62,839 nt of DNA, filler included, from Collodictyon triciliatum (GCA_043381765.1; 17 parts of 17 records of this genome joined end to end with filler, not necessarily neighbours in it), one strand, 5' to 3'; numbered from the whole stretch's first letter, positions 45,190 through 59,129 are shown. Notes: generated by a model not told the origin, from the sequence alone. Made by a program: numbers and translations.

Positions 45190-47465
45190 CTGTGAGGAAG
45201 TCATATCATAAATAAATCAGCAATCCTAATCAATATTCGAGTAAATGAAAGGCAGGCAGGAGCAAAATGCCAGTCAAAGTATCATTCACCAAATATTGCC
45301 CAGGGGTAAAAGTTCCCGAAATCATGAGTGTGATTTTCTTTGACGATGTAAATATAACTTCCATAGGTATACCTGTCATATTTTGCGCAAGTTTTAAGTT
45401 TAGAGCCATTAAAATTATTTCAAGACAACAAAGTTACTTGAATCAAGCGCTTCATCATCAGATACAAATGCAGTCGTTTGTGGTGTAAAGTTGTCCCCAG
45501 TAATGTTGACAGCGCCGCCTGTGCTTGTAATAATTCTAGTGCATATTTTGAGCATTAAAGCGCTATTAATTACCATGGCATATGATTCGAATAAAGGAAA
45601 AAATCAATTCATATATTTATATATCGCGGTAATTGAATGTGGATCAGCTGTACATATATCTTCAAGAATTACGAGTTTTCGAGCTTATATATTATCGGGA
45701 AGGACATGTGCCGATTTACCACAGAAACTGACACAGGTTTCTATGGGTCAATAGAAAGGGAAAATAATGAGAATGATTGGAATAGATGGTCACGGTGTCA
45801 GTCTAAAAGCCATAATTCTATTTCATGAAAGTGAAAATGTGACTCAGTTACCAATCATAGGAGAGAATGTCATGAAATAGAAAAGAATAGAACCTGGTTG
45901 TTGAAGGATGTATCCTTCGTGCTTGGCCATCCAACACTTATACTATATGCCACATCTCCATCATACACGGCATCAGGCTTAAGAGATTGAGATTAATACT
46001 TGATTAGTTAAATTTTAAGCTATATATAAGTGTATGACATTCTGATTAAGAGTAATATTTCTAAATAAGAAAGTTTATCGTCATAGTTTTATTACAATTC
46101 CTTGGATTCCGATCACTCGGGGAGTCTCCCATGTTCTATCAATAACAGGCTTCAGTGACAAGATTTATAAGCATTTGGCCATTAAAAAACACTTTTTGTT
46201 CATACTTTTCCATTTCTTTTATAATATTTTTTTTAATATCTCTGTTGGGACCAATAAACCACAATTATTTTGATTTTAAGCTACACATATAAGTATACTC
46301 ACTTGTCATCGAAGGATACAGACGATGGTACCGGGATTCCTTCTTTGGTGTTGGAACTGACAATTTGAAATAATACTGGATGTGATGGTGCTTTCACTAA
46401 AACCTGGTCAATTTAAAGCGGTTCTTCCAATGAGATTTGAGTATTTTCAATAGGAAATTATTTTCATAATATGAAGGGAATCTGTTTATACCACTCTAAA
46501 GAACGCGGATGGTGAATCATCCCCCTCGGTCGTTGTGAGGCCGGTTGTTGGATTAATAGACAACAAGGCTACGTATTCAGAAGAAATTACATGTAAATAC
46601 GTATGAATGAACGAGAATTTTCTAGACTTATCTTTTATTGTATGAATATTTTACCCGCCTTAATTTCACTTTATATCATCTTTGAAAATTAGAAATTCAA
46701 TCATTTTTATAATTTAACGAATGAGCGGAGACGAACATCCTTCTGGGGTGCATAGTCCATTCAGAAGGGAGTATCCCATCACACAGTTACACGAGGCACC
46801 TTTATCCTTAATATTCTCTTCTGAATTCGGGTCAATCTGTCCATAGATCATATTATAAGAGAGTATATATTGGAATGTGTTTTATTAAACACTGTGATAA
46901 ATCTTTTAAAGTAAAATGGAGGAATTTTTGCATCGAATAAGGGGAAAAGGTGGGATGATACAAAAAAGAAAGAGAGGAGGAATAAACAGTACCGAGCGAC
47001 AAGAAAGAACATCGACTTTTGCTTGGACGAATATATTTGCCCTCATAATTGAGAAAGTCATGGCATAAGATGTCCCATGAATCCCTGTATGTTTATACCC
47101 AAAGGGACATATGTAAGGTTTTTTTTTGTATGTTTACATGGTTAATGAATAAAAACACCTTAGAGTTGAATGAAGTCGTATTTTTATGAAAAATGAAGTA
47201 AATATATCATTTATAGCTATAGGGATTTAATTAAATGAACAAATGTGATATAATTGAAGACAGTAAAATAAAAAAAAAATGCCTTGAAAGCTAAAGCCCG
47301 TGAATTTCCCAACGCCTTTTTCTGTGTTTACTGATGATGGAGAGGCCGTTCCTCCATTTGGCAACTCCGGAGAAAAAGATACTGTACATACCAGAATTAC
47401 TTATTAAATTAAAATTCTTCAAGCACACAACATTTCTGTCCTCTATAGTCCGTTCAAGGGAGGGC

Positions 47466-47504
<39 letters not shown>

Positions 47505-47554
47505 NNNNNNNNNNNNNNNNNNNNNNNNNNNNNNNNNNNNNNNNNNNNNNNNNN

Positions 47555-47594
<40 letters not shown>

Positions 47595-47770
47595 TATTTT
47601 CTTCTAGAAAATAACACTATAACTTTGTTGTATTGACTCAAATTCACACCTGTTACTGTCGATGAAGATGTGAAAGGCTGTCCGAATTGGTCATAAACTA
47701 TAACCACTGGTTCGGGGATTAAGGTGCCTTTATTTGTGTATGTGGTAGCTGGGTAGGGTTCAACTGCGTA
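45190..47770 (-). CDS. Large extracellular/surface protein fragment with Calx-beta-like, Cys-rich and IPT/TIG-like segments (boundaries approximate)
   Basis: Exons read VVIVYDQFGQP; SCNCVMGYSLLNGLC; VLVKAPSHPVLFQIVSSNTKEGIPVPSSVSF; DAVYDGDVAYSI..STKDTSFN; STGGAVNITGDNFTP. Confidence 0.55.
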
Positions 47771-48301
47771 AATTTGGTTAGTTTTGTTTGTAGAGAAAAA
47801 TGAGTCAGAACATGTGATCTCGTTTATGAATTATATATGTCAATCGATGAGTCCACAAAGTGTGGTTTGCAAGTTATAGATTCAGTGTATTTACCAAAAG
47901 ACATAGATTTCGGTACTGGTGCGTAGGGGGTCGCTCCTATATAAGGTGGGTTATTGCAAGACTCTTAGTAAGGGCCCTCATAGATTTCTTTTTGACTTTT
48001 TTATTTTTTATTTATTTATTTGTATCATCAATATAACATAAAGCTTACTAGGGGACCTTTGTAATCCATTTTAGTATTCCTATGAGTTGAGAATTTGACC
48101 GAATTAAACTAAAATTAAATATTGACTCAATGGCAGAATAATCAGAATAAGCTGCCATTAATTTTTTTTTTTTTTTTTTTTTTTATTTTTAAATTTATTT
48201 TNNNNNNNNNNNNNNNNNNNNNNNNNNNNNNNNNNNNNNNNNNNNTTAATTAATTAANNNNNNNNNNNNNNNNNNNNNNNNNNNNNNNNNNNNNNNNNNN
48301 N

Positions 48302-48744
48302 CATTTCCAAGACTGTCATTAGATTTCGAAGAGTTGAAACGAGTAGCACAACAAGGTTCAAAGATGGCCTTCCATGTTTTGAAAGAACTGGCCGAAATGA
48401 AACTGACAATTAGGGATAGTTTGGGTAAAATGACAGGAGAAGAGTACAAACATCCACGGGCTGTTGCTGCTGTTGCTGAATGCTTTAAGAATGGATGGGG
48501 CGTTGAGATTGACATTGAGAAAGCTGTAGAGTGGAGAGAGAAATCTACTGAAGACGATGACGATGACGATGACGATGATGATGAAGATGAGAATGAAGAT
48601 GACGATGATGATGATGAAGATGATGATGATGAAGACGAAGATGATGATGATGATGATGATGATGATGAGAATGAAGATGACGATGAAGATGGAGATGAAG
48701 ATGATGATATTTCTTCAAAATCAAGTGAGTTAAGCATTAAATAA
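48302..48744 (+). CDS. C-terminus of a SEL1-like repeat protein with Asp/Glu-rich tail
   Basis: AVAAVAECFKNGWGVEIDIEKAVEWREKS fits the SEL1 consensus, followed by ~55 D/E residues and a stop. Confidence 0.65.
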
Positions 48745-49265
48745 TGAAGCTATTTATTTTTAAACGTATTCAGTATTTCCAAATTATAATTAACAATCAA
48801 TAATTGAGTCCTTAAAAATATTTTTTTTCCGGCAGGCTGATTCGCTTTTTCCTGGGAGATACTTCATTGGACACAGAATAAAAGTCAAAACAAATAAAAA
48901 AAAAATAAAAAGCTTTGACCTAGTAGATTGTGCGATGTCAAGGAAGCCATTCATTTTAATAGGCTGTTGTGCGTTTGAGAGCCTCGCGGTTGATGCAGAT
49001 TGTCCAGAATTCTTTTCTTTTCTTTTCTTTTCTTTTCTTTTCTTTTCTTTTCTTTTCTTTTCTTTTCTTTTCTTTTCTTTTCTTTTTTGGACTGTCACGC
49101 ACTCGCCGCAATCTTACAATTCTGTTGGGCGCGCACATGGCTGAGCCACCACACAAGTCCTGGCCTTGGCTTTGGCGTTTCGCCCACGAGGTTTGCCCTG
49201 GAACAAGTTGCCACAACTCGAACAGTCATGCATAAATCACACTTTGTAGAATCGGCCAAGGAGAC

Positions 49266-50993
49266 ATGCCACACGCATCGATCGGGCCATTGCGAGTCTA
49301 CTATGAGGAAAGCGGCACCCACCACAGCGAGACAGTCCTACTTCTCCATGGCGGCGGGAGCACAATAGCCACATTCTCTTCGATGGCCGATAGACTGAGG
49401 CATTCATTCCACGTTGTAGCGTATGAGACTCGCGGGCATGGTAGAAGCGATGATGTGAGGTTGGGCCTGTGGCTCCTGACGCCAGTGCTCTAAAAGCGAT
49501 GTTGTGATGAGTTGTTTGATTATTTATCTCCCTCTTTTCTTTTCTTTTCTCTTCTCTTCTCTTCTTTTCTCTTCTTTTCTTTTCTTTTCTTTTCTTTTCT
49601 TTTCTTTTCTTTTCTTTTCTTTTCTTTTCTTTTCTTTTCTTTTCTTTTCCCTAGGACGGTGCCATTCTCTTATGATGTTCTTGCTGGGGATGTAGCGAAT
49701 CTACTTCATTATCTACAGGCATATAGCTATCATAAATTTGAAAATGTCCCTTTTTATATTCACTCACATACATTAAATTTATTTCGGCTGCCCTTTTCTC
49801 TCCTTGGTAAACTAATAATTATGATCTTCATAATCAAGAAAACGTATTATAATAACATCCCCAATCCCAAGTAGATTAATCATGTCCATGTTATTGGCTG
49901 GAGCGATGGCGCTATTATTGGGATTCATTTGGCCATACATAATGCTGGGTTATGCAAGTCTCTTGTTTTGATTGGGGCAAACTTTCATACGTAAGTGGAT
50001 CCCTCATTACATATACCTAATGCGATTCAATAATACACCTATATAATAGACTAATGGTATAAATATAAAGATTTTACATTCTCTTTCAGATAATATTGAA
50101 GAGCCTATGAAAAAAAATGTAATGTACCATAGTGTTTTTCAGTAGCACAGAAAAAAACTTCAGACTCGTTGCTCACCATCCCTCTCCATGCCAACATATG
50201 CGCAAAATAACATGGTGTCTTATCCGACATAGGGATGGGTTGGAACCCAAGTTTCTGCAAGAGCTACAAGAATGCTCCTCTGAGAGTGATTGGGCTAAAC
50301 TACTGGGAGAAGGCACGTTCGTTTTTCTTTCTTTTTTTCTATTAATGAGCACGATTATATACCTTTGGCCTTGAAATGTTATTCTGTCGATATAGTTTGT
50401 CTTTTTTTAAAAAAAAATTTTTTTATCCAAAACATGCAAAACAAACAACGAACAACGAACAACCAAAAAAAATAATTAAAAGAGCAAACTCAGAGTTTGG
50501 TATTGTATCTAGTACTCCTGACCATATAAGTTTTTTTTTTATCGTCACACCTGTCTTTGAAACAGTAGGCGAATAGAAAAATTGATTGCTATATGACCCA
50601 GCCACCATAATTTAAACATGTTCGATATACTTGAATACCACAGGTTCTCTCCAGTTGATGCGGCAATTAAACCCGCAGAATGACCCATCCTATTTCATCA
50701 CACAAGTTTGTCCGAAACTCAAACAGCTTTGGACCACCGAACCGCGGTGGACTGAAGCGGACATCAGACAAATTACACAACCGGTACTTTTGATAGCTGG
50801 GGATGATGAGTGCATCCGAATCGAGCACACTGTCCGAATGCTGCGGTCCTTTCAAAGAGCACAGCTTCTCATCCTACCAGCCACGACACACATGATTCAT
50901 GAAGAGAAACCACATGCTGTCAACGATGCGATACACGAATTCCTTCAAGCTGCTACATCAAACACGAGCGTCCAAAGACAGTACATCCCATAA
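49266..50993 (+). CDS. Alpha/beta hydrolase, 5 exons (49266-49459, 49655-49718, 49875-49990, 50232-50312, 50645-50993)
   Basis: VLLLHGG, YETRGHGRS, nucleophile elbow IGWSDG, PVLLIAGDDE, THMIHEEKP; complete from ATG to stop. Confidence 0.9.
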
Positions 50994-51225
50994 ACCCACC
51001 GCGCTTTCTCATCGAGTTCTTTCTTTCTTTCCTCCGAATACCTCATCGCGTTCACGTGCGAGAAAGAGAATGCTTTTGAATGGAAAAGCGAATAATAAAG
51101 CAGAGAAGTGCACACTCGGATGAAAAAATAAAACTAGGAAGGCTATGTGGATGGAAGAAAAAAGAAATTATTTTGAATGTATCATTGATTTGTATTTGAT
51201 CGTGGTATGCGACTGGTCAGGGTTC

Positions 51226-51942
51226 TTATGCAAACGGGTCAAAACCACCAGAAGGCTTGGATCCAAATGGGTCAAAGAAGGCCGGCGCGGCCGAGTTTTG
51301 CTGGGGATTAGCCTTCAGCGGGTCGATTGTGGAGAATGGGTCGGGTCCCTTATATGTGGATTGGTACGATTGTGTGGATGCTGGGGCCTTGTATGCATTC
51401 GCTTGGGCCATGGGTGGTTGTGTGTTGATTGGCTTTCCTGACAAAGACATGGTAACTGAAGAAGATGGCGCGCTTGAGGTAGTGGGCTGACTTTTCTTCG
51501 AGTCCAGGCGAGTCAAGTCCACGAGATTTCCATGTGTGCTAAGCAGCGTGGATAACCCGTCGTTTTTCTGGCACCCAGTTGGTAGATTTTGGAATGTGAG
51601 GGATGAAATACAATAAATGGATAATTGATTTAAAAAACTGGGATGATCCATAGTAAATAAATTGATAAAGCTCATTCATATTCGTTTTCTTCTATGTGTA
51701 AAATATTGACGTGTCGGAGGTTTATAACAGGATACATACTACAATACCTTTTCAACGGGAGCAGAGGAAAATGACTGGCTTCCTGTGTTTGAAAAAAAGT
51801 CCGGCTGTTGTTGTTGCTGTTGTTGCATATAAAACGGCGTGTAGGTTGATGGGCCAAAAGGATCGAATGCCTGCGGGGCATTTGATGAGGTAACCCGCAA
51901 GTTGGCAAACTCATCGACCAGCGAGGCACCAGAGGGAGCCTG
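51226..51942 (-). CDS. C-terminal tail of an epsin/CLINT1-like clathrin adaptor (partial)
   Basis: Low-complexity tail with NLVDL and multiple DPF motifs ending GGFDPFA*. Confidence 0.55.
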
Positions 51943-52271
51943 NNNNNNNNNNNNNNNNNNNNNNNNNNNNNNNNNNNNNNNNNNNNTTAATTAATTAANN
52001 NNNNNNNNNNNNNNNNNNNNNNNNNNNNNNNNNNNNNNNNNNTGTTTTTTATGTTTTTTATGTTTTTTATGTTTTTTATGTTTTTTATGTTTTTTATGTT
52101 TTTTATGTTTTTTGTTTTTCTTGTCATCTCTCAACCTTTCGGGCTTCTCACATCCTAGCCTCCTGCGATCCTCTGAGAGAGTAAGGTTTAGGATAGCATC
52201 ATTCGCAAAGCACTGTCCTCCTGTCCTTTTTGCCTGTCTCTAAACTTTATCCTATTCTAGGTAGAAAATAA

Positions 52272-55077
52272 ATGCCGCAGGCTTCGAGTATTGCAAAAGC
52301 TGCAGCTGTCAGCGCCGCGGCATACATGTTCCATCAGCTGACGCGCATTCCAGAGGGTTACGAGCTGAGTGGACTTGATGCAGTGTGGCTTCTCATGGAC
52401 AATAACCCGACGAACGTCATAGTAGTGAATGGAGTGATGACTTTTGATACGGTGATTGGATAATAATAATATTAATATTAATAACGATAATGATAATAAT
52501 AATACGCACTTTCATTGCAAAAATTCTCATTTTGCTCGACTTTGTAAAATAAGAAACAAACTCATCTTATAAAAGAAAGTTTAATGATATTTCTTTGTCG
52601 TTTTTTGTCCTTTTGAATAATTCGACCATTTCTGTAATCTTTGTATTATATGTAATTCATCGTTCGTAATATTAATATAAGATTTTTTTTTGTAACTGTC
52701 ATTTTATTTTTGCCCTTGAAAACCTATGTGAAAACAATAGTCAATATTTCATTGATGAGGATTGATTCGAAAAAAAGGTTCTCAGCGAGAAAGAGATTCA
52801 TGATGTCATCGTCTCTCGGTTTCTTGTTCAACCCCGATTTCGCATGCGCATCGTTACCTTAGCTCGCGGGTTCGGAGAGAAAAAGGTTTGTATATAACAG
52901 ACTGCTCCTCGAAAAAAAATCGCTTCATCTTTTTATTTGTTTATTTGTTTATTTGTTTCTTTGTTTATTTGTTTATTTGTTTATTTGTTTATTTGTTTAT
53001 TTGTTTATTTTCTTATTTGCTTATTTTTAATGCCATAATTTTGCATGTACCTTTTCTTCTTGATAATTATACGCGATTATGTCGAAGGGTTCTTCATCTC
53101 GCCAGTCTTTGCATATGAGTATTCATTTGCCGTATTCAAACATTAAAAGAATTTATTTTTAATCAGGAAGCAGGTCTTTTAGACCCAAACAATACGGGGT
53201 TCTTTGTCAAACCAGAGTTTCAAGCTTGCGAATTAGACTTGAAGAATCACATTTTTCGTCTTCAATTACCGTGTTTTCCACCCAAGGAATCGCTTCCACC
53301 GAACTACCAAATCCCTGCAGAGGTTTTGGAATCTGTAGGCAAAAAACATTCGAGCCCTCAAGTTATATTTGGTCGTCCAGCATCTGCTATTGACGCCGAC
53401 CAAGTTTGCCTCAGTTTAACATCTTCTCTTTAATAATTTTCTTTACTCTGAAACGATCTATTGGACTGGTCATGCAATATATTCGATTCATTTCCTTTAA
53501 AACCTTCTAAGAAATTTATTTTTTTTGTTTATTTATAAAATTTAAATGAGCACATCATGTTTTCATAATTATCTTGTTTATTTGTGGAGTAAGTGGCAAC
53601 AAATGTTGTATCACATTAAGAGATATAGTCTTTCCTGTGTTTCTATTTAGTAATCAGTATTTTTTTTTATCAAATAGTCAATTATCCCATGGTAATTTTT
53701 AATAACGTACTTTTAAAAATTTTTTTTAGAAATTACTGGATTATGTGTCCATTATATCCAGCATTCCTCTTCCTTTCGACAGACCTTTATGGCAGGTTCA
53801 TGTATTAGAAAACTATGGCTGTGGTTGTGCTGTAATATTCAGGATACATCACTGCAGTGAGAAATAGCATTTCATTATATCATCTTTTTTTTTTAATAAC
53901 CCCTTTTTATATGAAATGAGCAAGATTGTTTGGTACATTCTTGTGTATCTATGATTATTACATCTTATTTTTCGTTGTATTTTTCTAATCAAAAAGAAAA
54001 GGAAGCACTTATTAATCGATATCAACACAGTCGCTGATGGGGTTGGTCTTATGAAACTTCTATTGTCTCTTGCAGACTCTAATAATCCCCAAAAGGAAAC
54101 CAAGGGTCTCGATTCAAAGTANNNNNNNNNNNNNNNNNNNNNNNNNNNNNNNNNNNNNNNNNNNNNNNNNNNNNNNNNNNNNNNNNNNNNNNNNNNNNNN
54201 NNNNNNNNNNNNNNNNNNNNNNNNNNNNNNNNNNNNNNNNNNNNNNNNNNNNNNNNNNNNNNNNNNNNNNNNNNNNNNNNNNNNNNNNNNNNNNNNNNNN
54301 NNNNNNNNNNNNNNNNNNNNNNNNNNNNNNNNNNNNNNNNNNNNNNNNNNNNNNNNNNNNNNNNNNNNNNNNNNNNNNNNNNNNNNNNNNNNNNNNNNNN
54401 NNNNNNNNNNNNNNNNNNNNNNNNNNNNNNNNNNNNNNNNNNNNNNNNNNNNNNNNNNNNNNNNNNNNNNNNNNNNNNNNNNNNNNNNNNNNNNNNNNNN
54501 NNNNNNNNNNNNNNNNNNNNNNNNNNNNNNNNNNNNNNNNNNNNNNNNNNNNNNNNNNNNNNNNNNNNNNNNNNNNNNNNNNNNNNNNNNNNNNNNNNNN
54601 NNNNNNNNNNNNNNNNNNNNNNNNNNNNNNNNNNNNNNNNNNNNNNNNNNNNNNNNNNNNNNNNNNNNNNNNNNNNNNNNNNNNNNNNNNNNNNNNNNNN
54701 NNNNNNNNNNNNNNNNNNNNNNNNNNNNNNNNNNNNNNNNNNNNNNNNNNNNNNNNNNNNNNNNNNNNNNNNNNNNNNNNNNNNNNNNNNNNNNNNNNNN
54801 NNNNNNNNNNNNNNNNNNNNNNNNNNNNNNNNNNNNNNNNAATACCATTCAATTTAGAACCACTGGACTCTAGGGTTGAAATGAGGAATGATTTTAGCTT
54901 ACTGTGAGTGGGCTAATACACAAGTTTCAAACACAGATCATTGATCTATTTTGTGAAATGAACATATAAAGAAAAAAGTAACGTAAGTTCTCTTTCAGGT
55001 ATCTGCCATTGCCGATTAACCTCGGTGGGTCGAAAGAACGGATAGGGTTTATCAACAATATCATGGGCTATCTGAAG
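52272..55077 (+). CDS. Wax ester synthase/diacylglycerol acyltransferase (WS/DGAT, WSD1-like), partial with internal gap
   Basis: LSGLDAVWLLMD..; PRFRMR; PLPFDRPLWQVHVLEN..FRIHHC|IADGVG (HHxxxDG across a splice junction). Confidence 0.9.
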
Positions 55078-55233
55078 GTGTGCATTCCCTGCTATGAAAG
55101 GATATTCCATTTGCTGTATCATCATTAATCAATAATCATGTTTTCAAATAGATTGGTGCCGAACCTCTGGTTAATTTATGGACTATGCAAATCTGCTCTC
55201 GAGTTCTGCCTCTCGGTTTGCATCTTTGTCAAT

Positions 55234-55575
55234 TTGTCTCTTTGTCTCTTTGTCTCTTTGTCTCTTTGTCTCTTTGTCTCTTTGTCTCTTTGTCTCTTTG
55301 TCTCTTTGTCTCTTTGTCTCTTTGTCTCTTTGTCTCTTTGTCTCTTTGTCTCTTTGTCTCTTTGTATCTTTGTCTCTTTGTCTCTTTGTCTCTTTGTCTC
55401 TTTGTCTCTTTGTCTCTTTGTCTCTTTGTCTCTTTGTCTCTTTGTATCTTTGTCTCTTTGTCTCTTTGTCTCTTTGTCTCTTTGTCTCTTTGTCTCTTTG
55501 TCTCTTTGTCTCTTTGTCTCTTTGTCTCTTTGTCTCTTTGTCTCTTTGTCTCTTTGTCTCTTTGTCTCTTTGTCT
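55234..55575 (+). repeat. (TCTCTTTG)n 8-bp tandem repeat
   Basis: About 42 near-perfect copies to the contig end. Confidence 0.95.
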
Positions 55576-55675
55576 NNNNNNNNNNNNNNNNNNNNNNNNN
55601 NNNNNNNNNNNNNNNNNNNTTAATTAATTAANNNNNNNNNNNNNNNNNNNNNNNNNNNNNNNNNNNNNNNNNNNN

Positions 55676-58600
55676 GTTCATTACCATATGTTCCTATCGG
55701 GCATTTAGCACATGAAGAATTTGAACTGGAGCCAAAACGCGGGTTGTATGTTCCATCAGGACAATTTATGCATCCACTCTGACCTGTATATTGATTGTAC
55801 GAACCAGATTGACAAATTTCGCATGTTGATGTCCCTGATTCATATGAAAATCTTCCTTTTGGACATGGCTGACAGTTGCTTATGCTGGTTGATGCAACAT
55901 TTGGATTGTAGAAACCAGCCGAGCATTTTTCACAGGTGATTGATTTTGTTTTGTTTGAGTAAGTGCCAGTGGGGCATGTGATACAAAATTGCTTTCCTTT
56001 CTCATTCATGAAAAATCCAGCAGGACAATCGAAGCAACTAGACTTCCCATCAACGCTATTGTATGTTCCTGGCTCGCATAAAAGACATGACGAATTTCCA
56101 GCACCTCTGATGCTTGGATTGAAAGTTCCTGCAGGACACGGAGAACACGACTTATCTCCTTCATTGCTGTAAAATCCAGCGGTGCAATTATTACATGACA
56201 CTTGCCCCTTTATATTATTGAACGTTCCAGCTTCGCATTTTTTGCAAATTGATTGGCCCAAAAGATTATTGTATGTCCCTTCCTCACACAAAAGACAATC
56301 TCTAATACTTGTTGAACCAGTTGATGGATTGTAAGTTCCAGTTGGGCATAATAAACAAGAGGTGAGCTCATTTCCGTTATTGTAAGAGCCAGTTGGACAT
56401 TTCTCGCATGAATTTGATTGCTGGTTAAAAAAGTATCCTCCTTGGCATGGACTCCATACTTTAATGAATGTGTCAGTGCTCGCTGAAACTATTTTTGAGT
56501 CTGAAGTAGCGAAAACACTATTGACGGAACCGGTGTGACTCAAAAGTGTTCGAATTTCTCTTCCATCTGACAGTGTCCATATTTTGAATGAATTATCACT
56601 GCTCCCAGAATATAATTTTGTGCCATCCGGCGAAATTGAAACGCTATTTACTGAGCTTGTATGTCCATTTATTGTCCTAATTAAAGTTCCATCTAACATA
56701 TTCCAAATTTTGATTGTGTTATCGCTGCTTCCAGATATTATTCTTGTTCCGTCTGGAGAGGTAATAACACATCTAACAGTATTTACGTGACCGGTTATGG
56801 TTCTTAACAATATACCATCTGATAAATTCCATATTTTTATTGAAAAATCAGCACTGCCAGATATTATTTTGCTGTTGTCTGGAATGATAAAAACAGAATT
56901 CACACTTTTCGAATGACCTGATAAGTTACGAATTAAAGTCCCATCTGAAACTCTCCAAACATTAACATTCATATCATCACTTCCCGATGCTATAACAGAA
57001 CTATCTGTTGCTATTGCTACGCTTCTAACAGCTTCAGTGTGGCCGTTGAATGTTCTCAATAATAAAGCATCAGAGAAATTCCACATTTTCACGGTATTAT
57101 CGTTGCTTCCTGACACAATTTTTGTTCCATCTGCCGAAACAACCACACTATTCACAGCACTTGCATGGGCATTTATCGAAAGATCTTGAGAACCATCAGC
57201 ATAATTCCAGATTCTAATTGTGTTATCGCTACCTCCTGATACAATTTTAGTTTTATCTGGGCTCAAAGAAAGGCTATTTACTGAACTTGTGTGTCCTGAA
57301 ACAGTCAAAATCAAACTGAAATCAGGAAAGTTCCACAGTTTGATTGTTGTGTCATCGCTTCCTGACAAGAATCTGGAGCCATCTGAGAGAACTGATATTC
57401 CATTAATTGTAAACCGATGTTCATTCATTATATGTATAGTCACCCCAGGTGAAAAATTCCAAATTCTAATTGTGTTATCACTGCTTCCTGAAATAATCTT
57501 TGAGCCATCTGGAGAAATAATAGCTGTCTTGACTATTCCAGTGTGCCCATTGAGTGTGCGAATTAATGTTCCGTCTAAAATGCTTGTTATTTTGATTGAT
57601 TTATCGCTGCTTGCAGAAACGATTTTTTCTCCATCTGGCGTGATTAAAACGCAGTTCACAGAATCAGTGTGAACTTTTATATCTTGTACTAGTGTTCCAT
57701 CGACAAAATTCCAAACTTTGATGGTTTTGTCAGCACTTCCGGATATAATTTTTGAATTGTCAGGAGTTAAAGCAAGACTAGTTACAATTCCAGTGTGTCC
57801 ACTTAATGTTCTAATTAATCTTCCATCAGATATGTTGGTAATTTTTATTGTTTCATCGCTACTTCCAGATATAATTATTGTTCCATCTGCAGTTAAAGCA
57901 ACTGAGTTGACTTCATCATTATGTACCTGGTAAGATTGAATAAAAGCTCCATCATCTACGTTCCAGACTTTGATTGATTTATCACTGCTTCCAGAAATTA
58001 CTTTGGAGCTATCTGGTGATACTATTAATGTGTTCACTATGTCTGAATGACCATTCAAGGAGCGAATTAATGCGCCATCGGATAATTTCCAAATTCTGAT
58101 AACACTGTCTGAATGTCCTGATATGGATATTGATTTCGACTGAGACGAAGTTATACTTGTAATCCTAGAGCCTCTTGAGTAAATAAGAGATCCATCAGAG
58201 AAATTCCAAATTCTTACAGTTCGGTCATGGCTTCCAGAAACAATTTTTGAGCCATCAGGAGTAACAACAACACTCAATACACTAGCGAGGTGTCCAGTCA
58301 GTGTGCGAATCAAAGCACCATCAGATAGATTCCAGATTTTGATAGATTGGTCACCCCAATCTCCACCAGAAACAATTTCTAATCCATCAGGAGAAACAGT
58401 GACGCCAATTACCCCACTTGTATGACCAGTCAATGTGCGAATCAAAGCTCCATCAGAAAGATTCCAGATTTTGATAGATTGGTCACCCCAATCTCCACCA
58501 GAAACAATTTTTGAGCCATCAGGAGTGACAACAACACTACGAATCCAACCAGTATGTCCAGTTAATGTGCGAATCAAAGTTCCATCAGAAATATTCCAAA

Positions 58601-59129
58601 TTTTGATTGTAGTATCCCAACTTCCAGAGACAATTTTTGAACCGTCAGGAGTAACAGCAACACTCCTAACAACATCAGTATGACCAGTTAACGTGCGAAT
58701 CAATGCTCCATCAGAAAGATTCCAAATTTTGATTGTGTTATCATAACTTCCAGAAACAATTTTTGAGCCATCGGGAGTAACAGCAACACTGAGAACAGAA
58801 CTGGAATGACCAGTCAACGTGCGAATCAAAGCTCCATCAGAAAGATTCCAAATTTTGATTGTTGTATCCAAGCCTCCAGAAACAATTTTAGAGCCATCAG
58901 GAGTAACAGCAACACTCCAAACCCAATTAGTATGACCAGTCAATGTGCGAATCAAAGTTCCATCAGAAAGATTCCAAATTCTGACTGTTCTATCACCGCT
59001 TCCAGAAACAATTTCTGAACCGTCAGGGGTGACAGCAACACTCCAAGCAGAATTAGTATGACCCGTTCCAACAGTGTAAATCGATGATACTTGCCCTTTA
59101 ACAGGACACAATTGGCAGTGAAGCATCAA
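55676..59129 (-). CDS. Protein with 21 WD40 repeats followed by Cys-rich GCC2/GCC3 (ephrin-receptor-like) repeats; 3' truncated, 5' end uncertain
   Basis: Uninterrupted ~1150-codon frame. GH..V.SV..TPDG.KIVSGS.D.TIKIWN x21 (one degenerate) to ~56450, then C..CP.GTY/F...G...C repeats. Confidence 0.92.

Noticed and set aside
57220-59018. Plus-strand repetitive ORFs over the WD40 gene
   Set aside because: Antisense shadows of the WD40 repeats.
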